DNA of 64,000 bases from Malacoraja senta. Lineage: Eukaryota. Positions within the stretch are counted from its first letter, which is position 1, and every line of letters begins with the position of its first letter. Position numbers and translations under genes: made by a program. Of this stretch, positions 36,852 through 48,874 are shown piece after piece. The stretch is taken from contig CM075987.1 in assembly GCA_038087875.1 (NCBI GenBank), positions 17,300,001-17,364,000 on the forward strand. The letters are read 5' to 3'. The notes under the pieces are model-generated. The model made no database searches. It was not told the origin of the DNA and saw only the letters and a program-made list of their open reading frames with translations.

Positions 36852-38563
36852 TATACCTATTTCAATCGATTTCTATATACTTACCAAAGAAGTTTTTTTT
36901 TAAACTCGACTCAGATATCACTAATTTTATATGGGACTATAAATCACATAGAATACAAAAAACTCATCTGAATAAACCTAAAGTATTAGGGGGTTTAGCA
37001 CTACCTAAATTTATGTATTATTATTGGTCAGTAAATATTAAAAATATGATTCAACTGATGGATAACTCCGCCCAGCAAGTGGACTGGATTGTAATGGAGA
37101 AAGAGGATTGCTCCTCTGGAAACATTGGAGCGATCCTCCTCTCTCCAATGAAACTGAATAATATAAATTATAATAAGAACCCAATTATTCATAGTACAAT
37201 CCGAATTTGGAAACAAATAAAACAAAATTTAAAATTAAGAAATGTATCACTTTTATTACCCATAGTTAATAACCCTTCGTTTAATCCCTCTATTATAGAT
37301 AAAGCTTTTACACATTGGGATAGACTAGGAATTAAAACGCTCGGTGACTTGTATGAAACTGGAAAATTACTTTCATTTCAACAATTACAAATAAAATATA
37401 AACTCGGAAATAATCAATATTTTAAATATTTTCAAATATGCGACTATTTGAAAAAATATACAAAAGATCATTATAATAACCCTGCAGATGTATTGGATGA
37501 GGCAATGCAGATAAAAGCTGAATCAGCAAACTTAATATCATATTTGTATAATATTATCTTAAATGTACAAATACCATCTACGGAGGGTATCAGAAGAGAC
37601 TGGGAACAAGAGTTAGCTATTAAAATTTCAAAGGAAAATTGGAATGAACACTTATTAAACGTGCATAAATGTTCGATTAATGTAAGACACACTTTAATAC
37701 AATTTAAAATTTTACATAGATTATATTATTCGAAAACTAAAATTCATAACATTTTCCCAAATGTATCATCTATTTGTGATAAATGTCAATCCCAAGAAGC
37801 TACTATAGCGCACTCATTCGTTTTCTGTACAAAAATTAAAACATTTTGGAATGAAATTTTTGAAATCTTTACAAAGTTATTTAAAATAAGACTGATACCC
37901 AAAGCAGAATGGATTATCTTCGGAATAACGGAAGATGGTCCAGAACTAAATGTGTTTCAAAAGAAACTAATAGACTATGGGTTAAAAACTGGAAAAAAGC
38001 GAATTCTAAAATTTTGGAAGAAGGCTCCAATACCAACTATAAACATGTGGATTTCAAATATGTTCGAAACATTACACCTAGAAGAGATAAGACTCCTCCT
38101 AGCAGGTAAACCAGATCACTTCCACCTGACGTGGTCTGCATTTATAGAATTATTACAAATATAGGGTGCAAAGGTACCTTTAAAAAAAAAATTGAGGTCA
38201 GGTAAGGGGGGATGATAGTTGAAGAGTTAGTATGTCCCATTTGCGTGATGCTCATAAAAATATTTGTTTCTCTCTTTTTCCTCTTTCTCTTTCTCTTTCT
38301 TTTCTAGGGTCTATTTCTTAACTCTTTTTCTTTTGTTTTTAATTTTGTTCTTATAGAGTCTTCGTCCTTTTTTGTTGTCACATTTTCTACACTTTCACTT
38401 TTTCCTTCACTTTCTTCTTTCTTTCAATCTTTTCCTTTTCTAGTGTAAAAAATAAATGGAGTACATTAATTGTAAGAAGACATAAGTGACGAGTACTAAT
38501 GTATGTGGTTGTAATGTAATGTACTTCTAATAAATTAAAAATTAAAAAAAAAGAAAAAAAAAA
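36852..38563 (+). mobile_element. 5'-truncated L1 (ORF2 C-terminus, 3'UTR, poly-A)
   Basis: Open frame to 38164 with GGLALP, QFKILHR and CDKC..H..C motifs. AATAAA plus poly(A). ~79-bp flanking duplication. Confidence 0.92.
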
Positions 38564-39633
38564 GAATGCAGGAAGTGACTAGTGGGGTACCGCAAGGCTT
38601 GGTGCTGGCACCGCAGCTATTTACAATATATATCACTGATTTGGATGAAGGGATTCAAAGTAACATTAGCAAATTTGCAGATGGCACAAAGCTGGGTGGC
38701 AGTGTGAAATAGCAATGTTACAAAATGTGAGGAGGATGCTATGAGAATGCAGGGTCACTTGGACAGGTTGGGTGAGTGGGCAGATGCATGGCAGATGAAG
38801 TTTAATGTGCATAAATGTGAGGTTATCCACTTTGGTGGCAAAAACAAGAAGGCAGATTATTATCTGAATGGTGTCAAGTTGGGAAAAGGGGCAGTACAAC
38901 GGGATCTTGGTGTCCTTGTTCATCAGTCACTGAAAGTAAGCATGCAGGTACAGCAGGCAGTGAAGAAAGCTAATGGCATGTTGGCCTTCATAACAAGAAG
39001 AGTTGGACTTCCGGTGGCGCCATGCTGAACTGAACAGGCGTAGCATTTAGCTCCGCTCACGTAATCTGCGAATTTTCGCTTTAAAAATCGATTGGGAAGT
39101 CGGGACCGATTTTAAAAGCTTACCGGAGCTGTTTGTCGCAGTGCTGATGACGTCATCAGAAAGCGCCGCGAAAATAACGGAGATTTAAGGTATTTTTAAA
39201 TGAAAAGAGCGATTCCCTGTCAGAGCACTCAGAGGTCTGTCTCAAAGCAACTTCTGAAAAAACAGTCACCACCTGAAGAAATTGAAAAACCTGAAGAAGT
39301 AACTGCTGAATTAGCCCAGAAAATGACTACAAGATCAAAGGCTGAAATGGCTGAAAAGGTTTCAAAGGATAAGGAGCTGGAGGACATTAAGACATCGGTG
39401 AGTGACTTAAAAAGTATGATGGAGAATATGATAGAGTGCGTGAACACTGGGAGCCAGAAAGTAATTGATTGAATTGGTAATATAAATAAACGAATTGATG
39501 ATGTGCATGGTGAATTATCTTTGAAAATTGATAAGGTGAAAGAAGATTGTACTAATAAGCTGGATGCTGTCCACCAAACGGTTACAACATGTTGTACTAC
39601 CATGAAAGATATGGAAATAGCAATGTTACAAAT

Positions 39634-42600
39634 TGTGACACGCCCCCCCTCCTGGTCAATGTTATGTGTTAACCTCTGTTTCTTCCCAAAGTGCAGGCTG
39701 GAAGGATCCTGTACCTGATTGGCCAGGCTGCGTCAGGTGACGGCTGACTCATCCCCAGTATAAATGGAAGATTTCCCAGAGTTCTCTCTCTTTCGGTGAT
39801 GACCCTGCCTCGTGAGGTTGTGCTGGTGTGAGCTGTGAAAGGCCCGGCCACATGGCATAGAACTTTGTGTAATTCCATCATTTTGTAGTAACAAATATTG
39901 GATTGGGCTGTCCTTAGACGTTATCGGTATTTTGTTTAAGGGATAGCTTTCTTTTAGGCAGGTTTAGAGCCTCGGGTTCGACGGTCCATCGCGTGACTGG
40001 CCCGAGTACCTTTAAGTTGTTTATTAAGCCATTCATCCTTGTCTGGGTTGTTTGAAGCAGGTTTGGGTTTTGGGGTGTTATCAATAATTAAACTATTTTT
40101 GAATGTAAACCTGGCTTTTGGACTTATGTTACGGGACTCTGAAATGCCTGCTTTCGGGAGTCGTAACAAAATGGGGGCTCGTCCTAAGTTTTAAGAACCC
40201 TAGACATTTGTGGGGGTTTTTGGAAGGCTTCTGGACTGAGGAAGCCTGTGTGTGTTGTGAGGGAATCTTTTTTCCCTGTTTGAGGTAGCATTGGTGCCCA
40301 GGGTTTAGCTGGTGCTTTTGGCTACATTTGAATTGAGGCTTCTGGTGACTGAGGAAGTCTCTGTGTGTTGTGAGGGAGATTTTTCTTCCCTATTTGTGGT
40401 AGCATTGGTGCCCTGGGTTTAGTTGGTGCTTTGGCTACATTTGAATTAAGACTTCTGGTGACTGAGGAAGCCTGTGTGTGTTGTGAGGGAATTTTTTTCC
40501 CTGTTTGAGGTAGCATTGGTGCCCAGGGTTTAGCTGGTGCTTTGGCTACATTTGAATTGAGACTTCTGGACTGAGGAAGTCTGTGTGTGTTGCTAAGGAA
40601 ATATATTTTTTCTCTTTCTGTGATAGCATTGGAGCCAGGGTTTGGCTGGTGTTTTGGCTACTTGGTTTTGAGGACCCTAGAGGTATGTGGGTTTTTTTGG
40701 GAGGCTTCTGGACTGAGGAAGTCTCTGTGTGTTGTGAGGGAGGTTTTCTTCCCTATTTGTGGTAGCATTGGTGCCCAGGGTTTAGCTGGTGCTGTGGCTA
40801 CATTTGATATGGAATCTAAATGGAAGGACTTTATTGAAGCTCCTAGTCGGGAGTTGTTTGATCGAGGTACGAAAGAGCATTTGATTTGGCTGGCAGGGAA
40901 TTATGAAGTGCCTATTGACCCACATGCAAAGAAACAGGTAATTAAATCGGTGCTTTGGGCTGCGTTGGTGGAGAGTGGGGTTGTGCCTGGCTGTGCAGAC
41001 AGTCCCACACCTTCCATTCAGCCTGGTCACAACATGGAGGCCGTAATTAAACTGAGGGAGATGGAGCTTGAGTCACAGAGAATGGCCTTAAAAAAGGAGA
41101 TGGAGCTTGAGGCACGAAAAATGGAGCTCATACATGTTCTTGAAATGAAACGGCTTGAGCTTGAGCAGGAAACGAAAAGGGCAGCGATTAGGCTGCGTGA
41201 GTTGGAATTGGATGCCTCCCGGGTTCCTTCTAGGGTTTACGGAAATTTGAGGACTGGCGAAGGTCCTGTGTGCTACTATTGTAGAGGGAGAGGGCACATG
41301 TTTAAGGAGTGTCCCGTTCGGAAGCAGAAAAAGGAAAAGACTGTGGCTTTGGTGGGTACACAGAAGGCACCTGTGGTACCTGAGGTGCCTGAGTCTGATA
41401 AGTGTAGGGATGATTCTGCGTTAGTCATGAATGATTTTGTTTCTCTGGAGGATGGGGGCGATAGAGTTCCAGTATCCATCTTGCGTGATACTGGTGTTGC
41501 TCAGTCCTTTAAAGTGGATAGTGTACTGCCGTTTTCTGCGGAATCATTGGTTGGGTCAAGTGTCCCTGTGGTAGGATTCGGGATGGATGACATGGTAGTG
41601 CCTTTGCATACCGTGAGTCTCGAGTCCGAGTTGGTTTCAGGCCGGGTAACTGTTGGGTTACGGCCGTGTTTTCCCGTTGGGGGAGTTTCTGTAATTTTGG
41701 GGAATGACTTGGCAGGAGGTAGAGTTTTAGTTACTCCTGAGGTGACGGCTGTTCCGATGGTGCAGAGTCCTGATAGATTGGCTATGCAGCATCCGAGCAT
41801 CTTCGCAGCTTGTGCTGTCACGAGGGCTATGGCTAAGAGCCAGGCGAAGTTTGAGGATGTAGTGGACCTGAGAGAGAGCATTTTGGGGGATCTGGATGAT
41901 GGATCCTGTGTTGTGAAAGGTGTTTCTACATCTCAAGATGAGATAGTGTCTGAAAATGGGGCGGTGTCGCTGTCAAGCTGATTGAGGAGCAAAAGAGTGA
42001 TCCAGGTTTGTCTGAGCTGTTCGACCGCGCGGTGCCTGAGGGGATATGGATTCCACAGAGAAGGGGTATTTTCTAAGGGAGGGCTTGCTGATACGAAAGT
42101 GGTCTCCCTTGGATGTATCTGGGCATGATGATTGGAGTGTGGTTGATCAGATTGTAATACCTCGTCGGTATAGGGACGAGATACTCTGTTTGGCTCATGA
42201 TGGTCCTCTGGGTGGACATTTGGGGGTCAATAAGACGAATGACCGTATCTTACAGAATTTTTTTTGGCCAGGGTTGAAGAAGGAGGTGAAACAGCAGTGA
42301 ACGTGTTGTCACATTTGCCAGGTGGCAGGAAAGCCGAACCAATCGATTGTTCCTGCGCCTTTGTATCCAATCCCTGTGGTCGGTGAGCCGTTTGAGCGGA
42401 TTCTAGTTGATTGTGTGGGTCGTCTACCTCGGACAAAGGGGGGGGGAACAAGTTTTTATTGACAATTATGTGTGCATCTACCTGCTTTCCGGAGGTGGTC
42501 CCTTTGTGTAGAATTACTGCCCCTACCATTGTGAAGTCTCTCACTAAGTTTTTTTCGTTGTTCGGTTTACCCAAGGTTGTGCAGAGTGACCAAGGTTCCA

Positions 42601-44992
42601 ACTTCATGTCGAAGGTTTTTGGTCAGGTAATGAAGTTGTTAGATATTAAGCATTGTTACTCCAGTGCGTATCACCCTGAGAGCCAGGGAGCCCTCAAGAG
42701 GTTTCACCAGACCTTGAAATCTATGTTGAGGACTTACTGCCTGGAGTTTGAAAAAGACTGGGATGAGGGGGTTCATCTAGTTATGTTTGCGATGCGTGAG
42801 GTCGTGCAGGAGTCTTTAGGGTTCAGTCCTGCTGACCTGGTGTTTGCGCATACTGTACGTGGTCCGTTGAGGGTCCTAAAGGAGAAATGGTTGCAGGAGG
42901 ACAATAAACGGAGTATTTTAGACCACGTCTGTACCTTTCGGACTAGACTGAAGAGGGCATGCGAACTGGCAATGGGGAATCTTGCTTCTGCTCAGTCTAG
43001 GATGAAGGGGTGGTTCGACAGGAAGGCTTCTAGTAGGAATTTTTCTCCAGGTGAGAAGGTCCTGGTGTTGTTGCCTATTCCTGGTTCGAGTCTGCAGGCT
43101 CGGTATAGCGGTCCCTATCAGGTGGTTAAGAAGGTTGGTGAAAGGGATTATATTATTGGTACCCCTGATCGAAGGCGTAAGACTCAGCTCTGTCATGTCA
43201 ACATGATGAAGCAGTACCATGAGCAGGAGCCTGTGGAGGTTGATGGGGAGATGCTGTGTCCTTCGGTTTCGTCTAAGCCTGTTTTGGCTGCAGTGGTGCT
43301 GCCCCCTGACACGGGTGGTGATGTGGGTGAGGCACCGTTGTCTGTGGCAGTGACGCAGGGAAGGCTGTGTAACTCTGAGGCTTTGGAGTCGCTTCCCTTG
43401 CGGTTGTCTCATTTGACTGAAAGTCAGCGGGGTGATCTGCTTTGTTTGGTGAAGTCAAACGGGTCACTGTCCTCGGATGTGCCTTCTCAGACGTCTGTGC
43501 TGCAGCATGACATTGACGTGGCCGGTGCTGCGCCCATTAAACAGCATCCGTATCGGGTCAACCCTGACAAGCGTCATCGTCTAGGAAGTCAGGTTGACTA
43601 TATGCTGCGGCATGGCATTGCTGAACCCAGTTGTAGTCCGTGGAGTTCTCCGTGTCTACTGGCTACGAAGGCAAATGGGGAGGACAGGTTTTGCACGGAC
43701 TTTCGGAAAGTAAACGGTGTAACTAAGCCGGATTGCTATCCTCTCCCACGAATGGAGGATTGCGTGGATCGTGTGGGAAGTGCATCTTTTGTGTCCAAAT
43801 TGGACTTGTTAAAAGGGTATCTGGCTATGGTTGGGTACTATAGAGGATTCTGTCCAAACTTCTCTGCAGTGGCTGCCCCTTTGACGGATTTGCTGAGTCC
43901 GAAGGTAGCTTTTGTGTGGTCCGCAGAGTGTCAACAAACCTTTGATCATACACAAAGTCTTCTGGTGCGCGCACCTGTGCTTGCGGCACCTGATTTTGAG
44001 CGTCCATTTAAGCTGGCAGTGGATGCTAGTGATCGTGGGGTTGGGGGAGTTCTTCTACAAGATGATTCAGATGGGGTGGAGCATCCAGTTTCGTACTTCT
44101 CTAAGAAGTTTAATCGTCATCAGAAGTGGTACTCCACCATTGAGAAAGAGGCCCTTGCTACGTTGATGTCTCTGAGTCATTTCGAGGTTTATGTTGGCTC
44201 CTCGAATGTCCCTGTCATCGTACTCACGGATCATAATCCATTGGTGTTTTTGAATAATATGAAAAATAAGAACCGCCGGTTAATGAGCTGGAGTTTGCAG
44301 CTGCAAGACTACAACCTGGAGGTCAGGCATATCCGTGGCAAGGATAATGTCTAGTATGACGCCTTGTCGCGCCAGTGGAGTTTAGCTCCTGAATAGTTTA
44401 GGGAATTTGGTGGTGTTTTTTCTCTCTTCCGAAACTTATTCAGTATCCTTGGGTGGGGGTGTGACACGCTCCCCCTCCTGGTCAATGTTATGTGTTAACC
44501 TCTGTTTCTTCCCCAAGTGCAGGCTGGAAGGATCCTGTACCTGATTGGCCAGGCTGCATCAGGTGACGGCAGACTCATCCCCAGTATAAATGGAAGATTT
44601 CCCAGAATTCTCTCTCTTTCGGTGATGACCCTGCCTCGTGAGGTTGTGCTGGTGTGAGCTGTGAAAGGCCCGGCCACATGGCATAGAACCGTGTAATTCC
44701 ATCATTTTGTAGTAACAAATATTGGATTGGGCTGTCCTTAGACGTTATCGGTATTTTGTTTAAGGGATAGCTTTCTTTTAGGCAGGGTTAGAGCCTCGGG
44801 GTCGACGGTCCATCGCGTGACTGGCCTGAGCACCTTTAAGTTGTTTATTAATCTATTCATCTTTGTCTGGGTTGTTTGAAGCAGGTTTGGGTTTTGGGGT
44901 GTTATCAATAATTAAACTATTTTTGAACGTAAACCTGGCTTTTGGACTTATGTTACGTGACTCTGAAATGCCTGCTTTCGGGAGTCGTAACA
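39634..44992 (+). mobile_element. Gmr1-type Gypsy LTR element (PR-IN-RT-RH order), internally deleted, inserted in L1 ORF1
   Basis: LTRs 39634-40168 and 44460-44992 (TGTGAC...GTAACA). tRNA-Pro PBS TGGGGGCTCGTCC at 40172-40184. G-rich PPT at 44451-44459. TSD (C/A)AAAT. CCHC, LRDTG, IN (SDQG, HPESQG, GPY), RT N-terminus, RNase H (DAS, IEKE, TDHNPL). Confidence 0.93.
40226..40808 (+). repeat. About five tandem ~112-bp repeats in the Gmr1 element leader
   Basis: CTTCTGG(TG)ACTGAGGAAG..TAGCATTGG..GGCTAC recurs at ~40226, 40337, 40450, 40561 and 40703. Confidence 0.85.
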
Positions 44993-47900
44993 AAAATGGC
45001 TGAAGAGATGCAGAAAATCAAGAAGGATCATGAACGTGTCGTGGGTCAGCTGGCTAAAACGTCGGATAAATGCCTTGATTTGGAAGCACGGTCAAGACGG
45101 CAGAATTTAAGAATAGTTGGAGTGACAGAAGGAGCCGAGGGGAATGAGCCCCGGGAATACACTGCGAACTTACTTAAACATATACTCGACCTGCCTGCCA
45201 AACCGAAAATAGAAGTGGCACACCGGGTACAACGGGCAAAATCAAGGGCACAAACAAAAGGAGCCTCCCCACGACAGATCATTGTGAAATTTCGGGACAT
45301 TTCAGCTTTGGCAGAGATCATGAAAAAAATTCAGTATGGAAAGATTATGATGTATGGCACTGACACTATCAAACTTTTCAGAGACTATCCCTATGAAATT
45401 GCTAAAAAACGAGAATCGTTCACAAACACACGACAGATCTTGAAAGGGCACAGGAACATTAGATACGGAATAATTTATCCAGTTAAGATGATTATTACAT
45501 AATTGTATTGAACGGAAGTTTAATGATCCAGAAGCTGCTTACAAATATGCTCAAGACATTTTAAAAGATATAGATGTTTAAGTAAAAGATCACAAGTTCA
45601 AGACAAGGTTTTTATTCTACAGACACCGACTGAGGGAAGGTTGATAGAAATAACTTTTAAAACTTTTTAAAAGGATTAAGATGGCGGAGCTTCTTCATGT
45701 GCCACTGTCTAGACATTCTTATCTCTTCAAGGACATTTCGGGTTCCAACTCGAGCGAAAGATGGAATAACAAGGGCGTGGCTGAATGAGGAACCTAACGA
45801 AGACGGATTGGAAAATAAAAACTCCTGAATGAAAGACTGTTAAAATTGTATCCCTATACTAATCCCATACTAACACAAAAACTACTGAACTAACATAGTA
45901 ATAGTAATTAAAGTTACTGAAATTAACACAATAACAATAATAGTAATTGAATTAAAAACGATTGCTTAATTGGTAAAATGTAATAATCCATTATAAGGAT
46001 TGACCCCCCCGGGCAGAGGAGGAGGGGGGCTAAATATAAGGAAATAGATTCATAACAGACTAAAAAACTAATTTAGAAAATATGATAGGCTGCAGTTCAA
46101 ATTTTGCGTGGAAGGAGGTGAGGAGATTCAGAATCTTGGCAAATAGCCAGGTGACTGAATCGGGTTAACCCCTTCCAACCAAAGGCTGATTAGTATGGAA
46201 GGGGAAGAAAATGTAATAATTGTTAACATAAGTAAATGGTAGATAAGATTGGAGATTAGAGAAGATTTAATTAGATATATAGATATGGTAATGGTGATAT
46301 ATAAAATCTGGCTTTGAATTGGTCCCAACTCCTTTTTGCAAGATTATTCAAGGGGACGGAGTTAATTGTAGATTAACAACTACGGAAGTCATTAATTGTG
46401 TAACTACCACCATTAGGTGGATAATCGGTTACAGTGTCGTCATTTTTAGACAATGTAACCTCACTTTTTTGATTTTTTTAAAATGTCACAATAATGTACA
46501 CTTTTTTGTTTCTTTGCTTAAGGACAATTTTGAGAGGGATGTAACAACTGAATTTAATATTGCAAATGCCCCCCCAACAGCCAGAGACCTAAGGTATTGG
46601 TTGCACCACATGTTTAAAAGGTATTAAATAATTTAAAATGCAAGACGATAAACAAAAGAAATCTGGAGGAATCACATTCTGCAGTTGGAATATTAGGGGT
46701 GCTAATGAACCAATTAAAAGGGGTAAGATTTTTGCACAATTGAAGTCACTCAATTCGGACATAATATTTCTACAAGAAACTCACTTGAAACTGCAAGCTC
46801 AAGCTAGATTGAAGGCAAATTGGATAGGCCAAACATACCAATCTTCATATATTTCCAAATCCAGAGGTACAGCAATTATTATTTGAAAAGGTATACCATT
46901 TAAATCAAAGAATATCATAATAGATAAGGAAGGGAGATACCTTATAGTTACTGGAGAGATTCACGCTACTCCAATTACCTTGGTAAATATTTATGCGCCT
47001 AATTTTGATAATCCCCAATTTTTTAATAAAATCCTGAATATAATTACAGAGTTCAATTATCAAAATGTGATAATTGGGGGAGATTTCAATTGTGTTTTAG
47101 ATCCATACTTGGATAAATCTTCACAACAGAGCAGGGGTAACACAAAATCTAAAACCAGGGAAATCTTAAATACTTACATAAGAAATACAAATATAACAGA
47201 TGTCTGGAGGATCGCTAACCCTGTCGGAAGGGAATACTCGTTTTATTCAATGGTACACACAACTTATTCACGTATCGACTATTTTTTAGTGGATACAAAA
47301 CTAATTCCCTATACACTGAACCCAAAATATCACAATAGCATAATATCCGATCACTCCCCGTTAACTTTTTTTTTTAAATTAGAAGGAATGCCTACTAATA
47401 AATCGTTTTGGAGGTTTAATCCTCAAATCCTAAATGACCCACAAGGGGAAATATATTTAAAACAACAGATGGAACTTTTTTTAAAGATTAATGATACCCC
47501 AGAGATCTCACCAACTTTACTATGGGAATCATTCAAAGCATTTATTAGAGGATCTATAATCTCATACCAAGCTTTTCTAAATAAAAAATAATAAGAAAGA
47601 ACAAAGGCAGTTAGAAGAACGAATTAGAGAATTGGAATTAGATAATGCTAAAGAGCCAACTATAGATAAACATAATAAAATAACTAATAAAATTAAAAAT
47701 AAACAAAATATTATCAGCAAATGTCATTAGATTATTTCAAATTACAAAACAGGAAAATTTTGAATTTGGGGATAAACCACACAAACTTTTTGCCCGACAA
47801 CTAAAAAAACGGGAAAAGGATCACACGATTTTAAAGATTAAGTCAGATAAAGGGGAATTGTTAACACTACCTAAGGATATTAATAAAAGATTCGCTCAAT

Positions 47901-48034
47901 TTTATCAAAACTTATATACATCTAAAGCGTTAGCAGATAGTACCAAAGTTATAGAGTTCCTGGATAATTGTAATCTCCCAAAACTCAATTTGATCGAACA
48001 AGAGGAATTAGGTGCACAAATGTCAACTAAGGAA

Positions 48035-48874
48035 GTGGCGGCGCTGTCGTACAGCAGCGGCTCGCCTGCAGTCCGTCTGTTTTTACTTTTTTTGTTGTTT
48101 TCTTTTGTCCTGTTTCAGTTAAATTTTAGTTTATTGGGTTGTGTATGTGTGGGGTGGGGGGGTGGGGGGGTGAAACATGACTTTTGTCTCTTCCTTCGGG
48201 GGAATGCGACTTTTTCTTGTCGTGTCCCCCTTCTCTGCCTCCGTCTGCGCCGAGGCCAAAATGGCGGAGCTGCCGGCCTCCAACTCCAACTGCGAGCTGC
48301 CGGCCTCCAACTCCAACTGCGAGCGACCGACCGACCTCGAGGCTCCGGAGGCAGAGCCAGGACTTACCAGCGCGGGGCTGGCCAACATCGGGGCTGCGGT
48401 GGCGTTCCGGCGGTGGCGACCGAGGACACTGGTGGCGACCTGAATCCGGAGGCTCGACCGCGGGCCCAGTGGACGACATCGTCGGGAGCGCGCAGGTCAC
48501 AGGTTGGTCAACTACAGCTGCGTCCTCTGGACTGGAGGGCGGCAGCTTCGGCAGCTTCGACCACCCCAGGCCGCGGAGTTTGAACCGGCCCGTCGCGGAG
48601 CACGGATTCGGCCGCTGGACTGGCTTACCGTCGCCCGGTGGGGCCACAGCATCAGAAGCCTGGATCGCCTCAGCGCAGAGGGAGAAGAAAGCGGGAAGAG
48701 ACAGAGACTTTAAGACTTTTGCCTCCATCACAGTGAGGAGGTGCCTGGTGAACTCACTGTGGTGGATGTTAATTTGTGTTTATTGTGTGTTTTGTCATTT
48801 ATTATTATATGTATGACTGCAGGCAACGAAATTTCGTTCAGACCGAAAGGTCTGAATGACAAATAAAGGAATCT
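48035..48874 (+). mobile_element. Complete 840-bp GC-rich non-autonomous retroelement inserted in L1 ORF2
   Basis: TSD CTAAGGAA at 48027-48034 and 48875-48882. 3' hairpin TTCAGACC-GAAA-GGTCTGAA followed by TGACAAATAAA. Confidence 0.85.

Noticed and set aside
36791..38164. 457-aa ORF as a chimeric or domesticated gene
   Set aside because: It is a young truncated L1 ORF2 read through from a non-ATG codon in CR1; no promoter or splice evidence.
47858..48816. 200-240 aa ORFs over the SINE-like insert
   Set aside because: GC-rich sequence open on both strands with no domain; not conserved in the related copy at 30887-31780.
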